Source: Hydrolagus colliei (Eukaryota). Taken from it: a stretch of 64,000 nucleotides of DNA. Location of the stretch: the NCBI GenBank assembly GCA_035084275.1, contig CM068757.1, positions 2,666,001 to 2,730,000 on the forward strand, given 5' to 3'. The translations under genes were made by a program, and so were the position numbers. The notes under the pieces are model-generated. The model was given only the letters and a program-made list of their open reading frames with translations, was not told the origin of the DNA and searched no databases. This document shows, piece after piece, positions 51,353-63,005 of this stretch; position 1 is the first letter of the stretch, and each line of letters begins with the position of its first letter.

Positions 51353-51508
51353 ACAACAACTTGCACTTGTATAAGTGCCCTTCAGGTAGGATAAATGTCC
51401 CTGAGTGCTTTACAGGGAATGGGGCTAGACACCAAGTGAGAGGAGAGAGGCGATGGAAGTGAGAGGAGAGGGTCATAGGCAAGGTCACAGCGATAGGATT
51501 TGAGGAGT
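51353..51508 (-). mobile_element. Older L2-type 3' end
   Basis: acaacaacttgcacttgtataagtgcccttcaggtaggataaatgtccctgagtgctttacag followed by a purine-rich body. Confidence 0.6.
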
Positions 51509-53449
51509 AATCCGTACATAATTAAAAATGGTTTAAATAGTGTAGATTATTCAAAGACAATAAGTATAAGTTTGGCTTTTATATAGTGGTGATTCTACTT
51601 TACATTGTTCAAAGTTCGTATTATTACTTCTACTACTGCTACAATAGCTATAATAATAGGTGGGGTACTTCCCTGAACTGCTTCACCTGCTGACTAGAAT
51701 TGTATTTCCCTAGGAAACTGCACATCTCAGGCTATCCAACCATTAACCTTGCTCTTGTACACAGTGTACAACAGTATTGAACTAAATTATGCATTGCGTA
51801 GATGTTCACTGAGCAAAATCATTGATTTTATGCTCGCACTGACATTGCATTTGAATTCTGAGGCATCAGTGGTCCACTGTCCAGCCAAAAAAAAGTAATC
51901 TTCCCTAACCGAAGAGACAGACATCAATAGAATCTCTTCTGTTCCCATTTGTGCCACTCACACTCTTCGTTTGAAGAATATGCCCTTTACAGCAAGTTGC
52001 ATGCAGATCTCTGAAGAAAAATTACCAAACTGGGATGTGTTTCAGTGTTCTTACAAATAGGAACGACTTGTTGTGCATTTCTTTTCCGTACTGTTGTAGT
52101 CCGTCTACTAACTCAGGATACCAGGGCTCGGCAGTCAGGCAGAGACTACCTGGTGGGAGGACTGATGCTGCGAAGTTTGATGGCTGAAGAGTGTAGCTTG
52201 GGGTCACAGGCATGTCACCATCCATGCTATGGTCTCGTAAAAGAAATCTCCTTGTAAAATGTACAAAAACGCCACAAGTTCAATAATTGTGAGACGTTCA
52301 TAATTATTATTTGAAACCTAATGTAAGATTATTGTTCAACCAGCAATAATAATCCTAACCCGAAACCTAACCCTAAATTGTACTGCCATTGTTTTATGTA
52401 AAGCTGTATTGTGGAGTTTTTGTGGGCAGAAGTTATGACGGACAGAGTGACAAGGCAGCAATTGCTGCCACAAATGTTTTGTTATAATCACGCTGACAGA
52501 TTAACAGTTGTCATGCGCCACTCAAATTTATTGAGTTATCATCTATTACCGATTACTGTGAAATAACAATCGCTATACAAGACAGTAACCTAATTAATGA
52601 GAACAGAAAATAAACCACAAGAGCAAAAGCGAAGCAATTTTCATGCATCATTTGAAACTTGATATTAGATTGCCCCTTAAATTCACTGGAAGGTATCATT
52701 TATAATACATTCAATAATAGAAAAGTCAATGTTTCTTATAAAATACGTCTTCTTGTCCTGGCAGTTGGATTTTCAATGGATTTAATCCAGTTGAAGCGCT
52801 ATCTAAAGTAGGACCCAAAGGACTTTCAGTAACAACTGGGTTATTTTGTCGAACAAACTATGGTATTTTTATACAAAAGTATTCTAGTGTTAAAATGCAT
52901 GTACTTATTCTTTTTTTTACATTTTCTTAAATCACCCCACCCCATTGTTTGAAAGAAAAAGATATGAAGAGTATGCTACACTGCATCAAATGTACTGCAG
53001 TTTGTTAAATGTTGGATGGTGGATAGCTCCCTGTGGAAATGAAGTGGATTTTTGCAGTGTTGCCTGTAGTTTCTTATGACTCCCATGGTGCGCAGTACAG
53101 CAAGGAATTAGCGTGTTTTCCTTCCATTACATTTTAAAATGCCGTAATCTTAAGTGATGCTCTTGTTTTAATGTGATAATTAGCAGAAGGAAGGTATGTA
53201 TCTTGTTGATTCAGTGCTTTGTTGAATGATAAGTGTTTTGAATCATTATTTTCTACTCCTTGGTGCCCCCACAACTAGAATCCAAGTTGAATGTATTTTT
53301 GATAGAATCTGTGCTGACTGGAAGGAACTGTATATTTAAACAACCCAGCCGAAATGCCTTGTTAAATGTTGTAGAAAATCCGCTTTATGTTGCAAGGAGC
53401 TTTTGTTTGGTGATGTGGTGCCTGTAACATAAGTGTTTATCTGAGAAGT

Positions 53450-53720
53450 TCTGTTTCAACTCTACTGCTAGGTTCACACAAACCCTCCAGCAGTCTCTTA
53501 GTTTTCTACCTTTCGTGTGTTGAGTGAGCCAGTAGCCTTTCTGCCCCCACTCTCTGGAAATTCCTCTTCAATTTCAAAACCCACCTTATAATCTCTCTTT
53601 GACAAGGCTTTTGAATAATTTGTCCTCCCCCCGGTTCAGACTCCCAGTGCAGTTGTGTGGTGGCTTTCTGATGTACTTCCGATGTGGAAGGCGTTATATA
53701 AATGTAAATAGTTGTCGTTT
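53450..53720 (+). mobile_element. Degenerate L2 3' end
   Basis: gcccccactctctggaaattc (APTLW), ctctttgacaaggcttt (LFDKAF) and tail aaggcgttatataaatgtaaatagttgtcgtt. Confidence 0.7.
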
Positions 53721-54311
53721 GGGCTCAACTGGCATTAATGAACCTCTGTTTGGCAGACAGTAGTTGCTAGAAATGTTATGGACAACAGCAGTGGTTCACT
53801 ATGTGAGGAAACCGTAGAATTGGGTCAAGTAGGTCTTGATCATGGCCTTATATTTGTCTACATTTGCAGAAATATCATGGGAGTAAACTACGTTCTTTGC
53901 TGGAAATTATATGTGACACTGTTAATATATTATAATGTCTGGGGTTTTCGTTCTGAGAAATTGATTTGTTTTGAATTATCTGAAGGGAAACCAAATAGGA
54001 ATAGTTAGACCTTTGGGCTAAGAATGTCCCAATGGGTATGAACCACCATTGAACCTGGTACCTTAGACAGATCTTCTGACCAAGAACTGATGCATGGAAC
54101 ACAAGATAGAAGGGGAAACCTGCACAATGGATCGATCGAACATCAACTTGCTTGATGGTTGATTCTTCCAGTCGGCAACTACAGAAGCACATGCATTATA
54201 GAGCAGCACAGAGCAAACAATATCTTGCTGGCCATGGGTGAAACTGCCATTTGAATTAGATTTTTTCTCTTTTCCTGCCTAGCACCCCACCGTTTGGTAC
54301 GAAACACACAG

Positions 54312-54382
54312 TACATCCTGTGAAGCACTTTAAGATGTTCTCCAGACGTGAAAAGTCCTATATAAAAATATATATATTATTA
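54312..54382 (+). mobile_element. Young SINE tail remnant
   Basis: ctgtgaagcactttaagatgttctccagacgtgaaaagtcctatataaaa. Confidence 0.6.
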
Positions 54383-54449
54383 CAATATCCTTGTTTTTTA
54401 GGTATTTGGGAATTTAATTGTAATACTGTTAGTATTTCACAGTTATTCA

Positions 54450-54890
54450 AATGCTCCTTTCGCTCCTGTCCTTTACAACTGCTCTCGTCAGGCTCCACTA
54501 GAAGATCAACTTCCTGATCCTTCGCATTCATGGCTTCAAATCCCTTTGTGCTCTCACATCTCCCTACCATGGCGATCTTCTCTGGCCTCAGTCTTCTGCT
54601 TCGTCTCCTCTGCTTGGAAATTTCAGACCCACTGCTGTCTCTTCTTTCTGATCATGGGTAGCTGAGCCTTGAGTTACTATCCTCCTGTCCTCTGGAGCTC
54701 CCCCTTCCTTTAGTCCCACCGTTTCACCCTGCTTCTCTTACGTGTCTTCAAAAGCCGCCTTCAAAACCTACCACTTCAATCACGCCTACGGCCACCTCTC
54801 TCTTCTCTTCACAGTGTCCAGCACCATCTCTGTAAAGCGCTGTGCGACCACACTCTATGTGAAGGACACTAAATAAAATGCAAGCTGTTT
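54450..54890 (+). mobile_element. Degenerate L2 3' end
   Basis: cctcctgtcctctggagctccc, ttcaaaagccgccttcaaaacctaccacttc (FKSRL/KTYHF) and tail tgtaaagcgc...tgtgaaggacactaaataaaatgcaag. Confidence 0.7.
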
Positions 54891-55041
54891 ACACCGATGT
54901 GCAGTTATTTGCACACGATACAGATACAGAAATCCCCACCCTAACACCCGATCAACACTCCAGCCACTAATAGAGCAAAGTGCACATGACATCTTGCGGT
55001 CCACAATCCCTAATCTTTGTCTGCTCTCCATTTTATTACAG

Positions 55042-55167
55042 ATAAAGATGAGTGTGCGAATGACACACACTACTGCCATGCAAACACCGTGTGTGTGAAT
55101 TTGCCTGGATCATATCTCTGTGACTGCCTCCCAGGATACACCAGAGTTGATGACTACTCGTGCACAA
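55042..55167 (+). CDS. NELL1: Internal coding exon of NELL1 (protein kinase C-binding protein NELL1), one Ca-binding EGF-like domain
   Basis: Translation (D)KDECANDTHYCHANTVCVNLPGSYLCDCLPGYTRVDDYSCT closely matches recalled human NELL1 DIDECAAKMHYCHANTVCVNLPGLYRCDCVPGYIRVDDFSCT. It has six Cys, a DxDEC start and the CxNxxxxYxC hydroxylation consensus. Acceptor ctccattttattacAG ends at 55041 and donor GTAAGA starts at 55168. Length 126 nt, phase 1-1. Confidence 0.93.
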
Positions 55168-56323
55168 GTAAGAGCAGGTCTAGGAAAAAAAAAATGATGG
55201 GGTGTAGTTTGCGGAGCAAAATATTTGCCAAATTAGCCCAAGGAAGTTCCTGTTGGAGAGGATCGGGAATTCTTTCCAGCTGGCACAAAAAAGGTTGAAT
55301 GTTGAGATCTCTGGTTCCTGTTCTATTGTTAGCAGCAGAAGAGTGTTTTTGACAATATGGTGCTGACGCATGGAGTCCCTGTTGTATGGACTGAATTATA
55401 TTTGCACCAACGCTGAGGGGGACTATTATCCCTGCTTTCTCCTCCACTTCACTGTCAAATGCATGGCGGTGGTGCTATAGATTTTTGTACCAAACTGCTC
55501 TTATACACTTCGGTTGGTAAGGGTTTATTAATAAATACCGTAGCTTTTTATTTAAAAAAAAATCAACAAACACAAACGCACACAACTCAGTAGTTTGTTC
55601 TGAGTGCTACGGGGAATGGTCCTGAATTTCAAATGTTTCTCTGCTCTGGGAGAATGTGATGTGATCCGAATTTACAATTGCAGTCACCTGAGGGCGAGCC
55701 AAATGGAAGAATGCCTCCCACCAATAGGTATTCCAAGCCCCTCGGGGATCCAGGGCATTAGCTTTTCGCTCTTAAACCTCCCCTTCTATCTGTTGCCATG
55801 GTAGGAGGACGGCCTTGTCTTGTGCGCTCAGGTAACTGCTGAAATTGTAAATTGTTGCTTTCCTTTCAGATTTTGATAACTAGTGTTTTTTTAAGTATCC
55901 AATTTGTCCCAAACAAATACAGCGGAGGCTCACTAGCACATTGTTTGTGAGCAGGTTGAAACCAGAGGGGAAAAGTCTTAATGAAATGTGTAAACCGGGA
56001 TGCTCTTAATAGCTTTCCCTAGCATTGTAGCATTAGCGAAGCTCTATTGATTTAAATGCATTAGGTATAAACAGTCACAGTAATACCCAGGAGAGTTAAG
56101 ACCCTCTATGCATACAGTATCCTCAGGCGAGGTGAGAATCTCTACAATAATGTACTGGTTCTATACTTGTTAACACAGCAGGTTTGTGAGCTGTGTTGGC
56201 CACTACGTGAGTCATTATTTCCCACAAGCAAATACAGCAAATGGAGGGGGTGGGGTGGGGGCGGGGTGTTAGATTGTTGGAGGTGCTGTTCTTTGAATGA
56301 GGTGTTAAACTTAAACAAGCCCC

Positions 56324-56460
56324 AGTTCTAACGAAGGGTTGTAGACCCGAAACGTTGACTCTTTTTCCTTTCTCCATGGATGCTGCCTGACCTGTTGAGT
56401 TTCCCCAGCAACTTTTGTTTTTGTTTCAAATTCCCAGCATCTGTAGTATTTTGTGTTTTG
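56324..56460 (+). mobile_element. Penelope-like terminal repeat with a hammerhead motif mutated in the core
   Basis: agttCTAACGAaGGGTTgtaGACCCGAAAcgttgact...gatgctgcctgacctgttgagtttccccagca...ccagcatctgtagtattttgtgttttg. Confidence 0.8.
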
Positions 56461-56807
56461 TTAAACTGAGGTCCTGTCTACCTATTCAATACAGTATAGC
56501 TTGTATTTATATAACTCTTTTCATGTTGGGTGCGCATCCCAAAGTCAGAGGAGCTGGCACTGTGAGCAGTATATATATATATATATGCAGCACTTGTGAA
56601 TATTTTATCTCGCATCAGAAGGGTTTTTAGAGCTGACGATAGTTAACTTTCCAAGTGAAGTTTTAATTAAATATAGAAATGTTGTGTTTCTGGTGCTCAG
56701 TGAGGCGAGTAAGTGTCTCTCCCTTCCAGGCATGATGCTGATTTCAGAAATACTTGTAACTCCATTTAACAGTTCAATGTGTGATTAAGAAACTAAACCG
56801 CAGGCGA

Positions 56808-56965
56808 CACTTTCAAACGTGTCAAAGACACTAGGACAAGAGGCAAAGGTTCAGGGTGATGAAGGGCAATTTCAAGAGGGTAATTAACGACTGGAACAGG
56901 TACCTGGGAAAGGTGGTTACGGACAGGATATGAAATTATATAGTCGCTGATATCGAAATACAAGA
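56808..56965 (+). mobile_element. CR1 ORF2 C-terminal fragment
   Basis: aggacaagaggc (RTRG) and agggtaattaacgactggaacaggtacctggg (RVINDWNR). It is homologous to the 2560-2780 copy. Confidence 0.7.
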
Positions 56966-57299
56966 TTGTGAGCAAACAGTAACATGGTGGAAAAAGACTG
57001 TGGTGGGATGTGTGACTGAGAGAAACATAATACGACCAGGGTACATCACTAAAAGTGTAAACCGAAATCTAGGTCAGATGCCTGAGTCATAAAGAATGAT
57101 TATAATTAGAAATTCAGGAAGGATTGCCTTGAGGCCAGAAGGCTGGAAAATCAAACTCACATCGGAAGTTTGTCTAGGCTGGCATTTCATTACAGTTCTG
57201 GTGGTGTGATATATCGGATGTTCTATCATTTGAAAGATATTAAAGATCTCATTTACTATTATTTGAAGAGAGAACCGAATTTATCTTCCATAGCAAACT

Positions 57300-57431
57300 T
57301 TCTAAAAAATATATATATTCTTTTAAGAACTGCTAGCTTCAACGTGGAAGCTGAATTCAACAATTTGCTAAATTCCATAGAAATTCCACGGAAAATAATG
57401 TGAATCTGGATTCGAGTGGAAATTCTACCCC
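57300..57431. mobile_element. One arm of old MITE family A
   Basis: ttttaagaactgctagcttcaacgtggaagctgaattcaacaatttgctaaattc...aatgtgaatctggattcgagtggaaattctacccc aligns by eye with 1095-1208. Confidence 0.65.
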
Positions 57432-57687
57432 TAGGTGCTGTGAGCAGAAGGATAGAATAAACAAGAACAATTATAAATTCTACAAATGGTTATAAATACC
57501 CGTAGGGTTCAAAACAATCAAGGACTTGTGCAGGAATGGAGACAGAGAGAAACACCTATACAATGCCCAGGGGAGCAGCTCAGAAAGAAGTTGGAAATGT
57601 ATTACAAGGAATAATATGCAAGTCGTGTAAAAGCAACTCAAAACCAGTCAGAAAACTGATTGCACCGGGAAACTTTCAGGAGAGAAG

Positions 57688-57765
57688 ACAACAACAACAA
57701 AGTTACATTTAAATTCCATAGGCATAGCGGCTTTCATGTCAGGAGGATGTCCCAAGGCACTGAAA
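57688..57765 (-). mobile_element. L2 3' tail remnant
   Basis: (AAC)n...gctttcatgtcaggaggatgtcccaaggcactgaa. Confidence 0.75.
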
Positions 57766-57934
57766 AGTTTGTATGCTCCAGGGATGAAAATGATTGGAGT
57801 AAAGTAAGCCGTGTGGGTGGACGAGAAGAGTGTCGTGGAGTGACAGGGAGATTACAATTGGTCCTCGAAGGATGAAATTCATTCAGGTGAAACGTTTATA
57901 TTTTCTGATTCAAGTTACAAAGGCGCCACTAACT

Positions 57935-57977
57935 GTGGAGTCCTGTAGCTCAGTGGTTAGATCACTCGCCTTGAAAG
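57935..57977 (+). mobile_element. Isolated 5' head of the young SINE
   Basis: gtggagtcctgtagctcagtggttagatcactcgccttgaaag. No B box or body follows. Confidence 0.8.
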
Positions 57978-60599
57978 TTGTAAATGAGAATTGGGAGCCA
58001 ATTTATTTGAGATGATTCGGCTCCTATTTCTGACTACAAGCAAGGGAATTAATATGGTAATGCTGGGAGCCTTGTGTCAACAGAAGCACTCTCCCACAAT
58101 GACACTTCATGTACCTCTTCTCTAGCGCACAGAGAATTCAGAAAGTGCACTTCATATAAACACACAGTTAACTATTAATCAAAGACTTGCTAATTAATTG
58201 ACTTTCAATTTCCTCCTGGTAGCAATATTCTACCTGGGCTGTGTGTGTGAGCGCGTGGATGTGTGTGGATGTAATTGATGTGGGGAAGGGGTAAGAATAC
58301 CATTGTGTATTATTAGCAACCCAGAAGATCACTATTTAGGGTGGAGAGGCGGTCATTAATACTATATGGAAGAAGTGCTTCCAAGTTAGAAAAGAATATT
58401 TCCGTTGATTGCATTACATTTGCTGAATGTGGGGGTGGGGAACGAGAGGATTGCTCTGTATATGGGGGCAATTGATTGCTTGCTTCCAGATCTTTCAGCA
58501 GCACTTCTATTGCAGTGATGTACTCAAATAAAAAGGTTCCGTATACACAAGCTCTCTGCTCACTCACTCACTATCGGAAATTGAACTCGTTCCCCTCTGC
58601 CTCACAGTTAGCAGTTAACGCAGCCCAGCATTCCCTTTGTCCCAGTTGGTACAGTTTTCACTTTGTTGTGTAGAATGAATCATTTCCATCTGCAGTGGAG
58701 GCGACTTGTTGCTCTGAGATTGATTGGCTTTTGAAGAGCAATCTTTTTGCACTGAGTTCATCACTTAAGGCTTTTAGATTGAATTGTGGGCTGAGCTACA
58801 TTAGCACGGCTTCTGTGTCTTGTGTGTCACGTTGAAAGCATTTCCTCAGGTAAATGCCACAGGAAAATATTAGATTTCAACGTGTTGCACCACAGTCTAC
58901 TGCTTGCAGTTGAGAAAGATATTTACAGTTGAGAAAATTATTCAGCCGACTCGAAATCCAACTTCTTTGTTCCTTTTCTTATTTAACCGTTATGGTATAT
59001 TTCTAAAACAAAATTCGCCCATCGCTTCTTCCTCCCCTGATCTTTTGATTCCTTATTCCTTATGCTTGCACAGCTGTTGGTTGCATACTGATATCTCATC
59101 CAACTGATGATTATTTACATGTGAGCATTGCATTGACAATGAGTATGAGCAAAAGGCATTTATTTGCCAACTGAGGTGAAAATGCTTCATGAGCTACATT
59201 GGAAACTCAATTTTCCAATGATGGCTTTGCAAAGTGTTTACGCACAAGGTCAGAGGAACACAATGACATTCAGGCTGTGTAAAAGGTTCAGAGGTTAGTG
59301 AGTGGAAGTGGCGTGTGGATAGAAAACATATTCTCTTATGAGAAATGGCCTGGTTAATGTTTCCTGTGATAGTCTAACCGAGGTTCTGTGAAACCAGCAA
59401 TTATAAAGTGAAATAATAATTAGAGGCAGCCAGCTCTTCTGATGAGAAGTATTGACTAGGAAAGAGAACTGCAACGTAAAATAACTGCAAGATTTGGTTG
59501 TGGGAATTAGAAAAGTAAAAGAAACATTTTCTCCGACTCTAAATGTTTGTAAAGTGTATTTGCTTACGTCACCTTTTATGTGATATACGCATACTTCTAG
59601 CTGTTTAGTTTACTGAGAAATCATTAAAAAAAATCAATTCTTATTATCATCAGTGCACTAAATAGCAAGAATGCATATAATTTCACTCAGTTATTCCAAT
59701 GTAATTTACATCATTAAAGTGTAAAGAGTAAACAGCATTCTTTTGAATTTTATGTGCAAAAGAAAATACATTCTAATATAAGCATGGTGAGTGACCAAAA
59801 AGTTGTAATACCATTGCAATGTTTAACAAATCTTAAAGAAATGATTTATTGAAATAAATAGCATCATGACTTTCTTGGTCACCCTGTATTTCACAATGCT
59901 TAACAATGCTGAACGATATCTATCCACCACCCACGGAACCGTTGGAAGTATTTGTCACTAAATATAAACTCACTTTTCTATTCACTCTCTCCCTCTCCAC
60001 TGTGTTCCTTACATTTTAACTGTGATTGTCCTGTCAAAAATCCCATTACAATCTCAGGCTGCCAAAGTCCTTGTCCATTTACTGATCCTGGAAACACAAA
60101 TCTGCTTGCCACCAAAGGCTTGTTGATTTCACTCTTCTCGATGTTTAAAATGTATGCCTCTTCCATTAGTTTGTGCGGCTCTATGCTTCACATTAAACCC
60201 AAGGCAGCAAGCATAAAACCAGCATTTAGGGCTCTGCCACACTCATCTAACAGATGGTCACACACAGGTCTGGAAGAGTAATCTGGGTAATTTGGTTACC
60301 ACTTGTTTCTAGGAGTTAGTGTTATGGCTGTGAGTTTTGTTTCCCACTGCTTCGAAATTTGAGGAAATCACATTGAAGCTACCTAGCCCATTTTGTGTGA
60401 TTGGGAGTTAATCGATACTTTAAATCTAATCAAGATGATCAGAAACAGCTTCTGTTTTGGATTGACGTATTGTAACTTTTGGGGGTAATGGGATATTCGT
60501 ATGTGTACCTTATTAGACTGCATTCTTTGTTCTTGTAAGAGAAGTTGCCCCAAAGGTAACTGATTCTGAGCGTACATAGCTGTGTATAGCTGTCTGAGA

Positions 60600-60668
60600 G
60601 TCTTCAAGTGCTCTGAGATGCCACCTGGCCTGGAGAGCGCTATACCAACACAAGTTGTTGTTGTTGTA
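60600..60668 (+). mobile_element. L2-type tail remnant
   Basis: aagtgctctgagatgcc...ggagagcgctataccaacacaa followed by (GTT)n. Confidence 0.65.
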
Positions 60669-62189
60669 GTAGAGTTCATGCACAAATCTTGTACACTGTA
60701 ATTCTGAGTTTGTTGCTGGGTGTAGTAATCTTTACTGCATCAGCTTCAAATAGGTGGATCATATTCTAAGCACATTTTGTCCGAGTCACTCCACTCAACA
60801 GCGAGCGAAACGTCTCACTTTGTTTCCTTACCTAATTGCAGTGACACGATTTATATTTTCCAGAACAATAAACTGTCAAGTGTATCAGATTTAATATGAT
60901 TGAAAGGGTCTGATTGTCAGCAAACTGTTCTTAGCAAAGGACAAAGCCATCATATGTTGGAGCTGCAAAGCTGCAAATCATGAAACTATCCAGAAAGCAA
61001 AATTTACTGATCTTGGTGGTTCTTCTTTGTTTGACGAATAAAAGACTAGGCTACTGATCATCCTCAAGGGGGCAATTACTGACTAACTACTGTCCAACAT
61101 TTCCTATAAGTTAGTCCTGAAGTAACAATTTTACAGGGGGAAATGGCTGTTAATCTCACTGAAACAATTTCTATTGAAATAGAATTGCAACAATGGGATT
61201 ATTACCTTGCTTATAGCAACTCTGTACGTAAAAAAAAATCATCTTTCGTGGAGAGAAATGTGATTGTTATTGTGCTGTTAGGATTGAATATAAAGCTTGT
61301 CTTCTATCAACTGCGAAAAATGTTCCTATTAAATTAAATACAAGACATTTATTTAGCGAGAAAGCCCCCTTTTTTTTCTAGTCAAGATGAAATGGTGCTA
61401 TAGTGTTGCTTTGTTGCAATATAGACACCGCAGTTCTTTATCCTTTGTTGGTGCTTATGTTTCTTGATTGTGCTAATTGCATTGATTTCATGCTTTAATG
61501 TTACACCATATCCCGTAATGAGCATCCCTTTAGGATAACAGCCACTCTGAACAGTTAATTTTTATATACAGATCTATTTAACACCTTGTGAAGGTTTAAA
61601 TTCTCGTAGCTGAAATAAAAAAATATATTCTCCTTGCAACCATATTGCAGTTAATGGAAGGTAACTCTGGTAATGTCTTCAACCTGGTCTCTTCTCACAA
61701 CCATGATGATAACTGAAAGGTCAACGATTTGTTTGGATCATGTTGCGATGTCCCCATCAACCCATCAGTTTACCTGCAGAAAGTCTCATCCTCATTGCTG
61801 TTGCTTGCTGACAATGTTATTTGTCAATGGATAGGTGGTATGGGACAAGGATGCCGGTTGTGTATTCTGGTTCCTCTGTGTGACATGATGATGAACCAAT
61901 TACTGATATTAATTGGAATTAAAAGGTAAATGGTTGCTATCATGTTAACAAAAAAAGAGTAAATATTTAGTGGTAATATTTTAGATTTTGGATGTAGGCT
62001 ATTCCTAGCAACTTGAAGCCATTGGGTTGCTATTTATAGCTTTTAGATAGGTTTGATCTGCTTCATATTAAGGATACTTCATATTCCTTGCTACTTTTGT
62101 GAAGCGACATTACAATGCTGTCAACACAGATCCTTTCTCTAAAGGTGTGAAATAGAAGCCGACAATGGCACACGTTTATTTGTAGCAGC

Positions 62190-62485
62190 CCTGGATCACT
62201 TGTCAAGAGATTTGGTGCCAAGATTTCACTTATGGGATATAGGTTTGAACCCGGCCAACATTGATAGAATGAAGCTTTGGCTCTCTTAACACTGAGGGTT
62301 TCTAAGTGAAATGAGTTTGGAAAATGTCAGCCCAGTTAGAAGTGGGAATTGGACTGCCCATAGAAGTGCTAATTGGTGCTATATTTAGCAATCTGACTCA
62401 AGCAGCCAGCCCATGAAGACGTTGAGTTTGTAAAGTGAAGTGATGTACTTGTACTCCAGGGAGTAATTTGCTTAGTCTTGGGGAA
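62190..62485 (+). mobile_element. LF-SINE-like ancient SINE remnant
   Basis: tttcacttatgggatataggtttgaaccc, gtgaaatgagtttgg..tcagcccagtt and gctaattggtgc...gcaatctgac occur in the same order as in the recalled LF-SINE consensus. Confidence 0.45.
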
Positions 62486-62761
62486 TAATGCTCAGTGAGT
62501 AGTTTTAAAAAAAATATTATTATTATTATAATTCAGGCAGTATCTAATCTAATCCATATCTAACCTGAGTGTTCTTAATGTTGACATTGAATAGGAAAAG
62601 TGGAAACATTTGCTTTGCTTTCATTCATGCGACTAACCTTAATACAGTATTTGATAACTAAGAATTGGTATTTTTGTTTAACATAAATAGTTATGGTATT
62701 CCTAAACTGTATTTTTGTTATAGTATTATGGTAATTATGGTATTTTTGTTGTGGTATTATG

Positions 62762-63005
62762 GAAACCTTGAGCAAGTTTACTTACTCCACACGCCTAATA
62801 ATAATCCCTCTTTAAAAAAAACACAATAATAAAAATTGGTCATTTAAATCCATGAATGTTTGTAGGACACTGCTGTGTGCAATTGGCTGCCTCATTTTGC
62901 CCAAGCATACTGTCAATTCACTTTACAGTATATTCTGTGAAGCGCTTTGAGACGTCTAGAAGACATGAAAAGCGCTATATCAAATGCAAGGATTATTATT
63001 ATTAT
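62762..63005 (+). mobile_element. 5'-truncated young Deu SINE with a TSD and 5' filler DNA
   Basis: gaaaccttgagcaagtttacttactccacacgcc through gcgctatatcaaatgcaagg(ATT)n. ttatggtattccta occurs at 62691-62704 and 63008-63021. Confidence 0.92.

Larger units (their letters stand above)
1..55041 (+). other. NELL1: Large NELL1 intron upstream of the EGF exon (5' end outside the window)
   Basis: No other NELL1-like (EGF/VWC/TSPN) peptide appears in the ORF track or by reading. The region is repeat-rich and ends in a pyrimidine-rich AG acceptor. Small exons could have been missed. Confidence 0.7.

Noticed and set aside
52353-52375. Interstitial telomere
   Set aside because: Only about three imperfect units. 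This motif is common inside non-autonomous DNA transposons.
55017-55298. 93-aa ORF as a standalone gene
   Set aside because: Only 55042-55167 is EGF-like and it is bounded by AG/GT. The rest is read-through into intron.
59900-60240. Possible minus-strand CR1 RT remnant
   Set aside because: The motifs are too decayed to support a call by eye.
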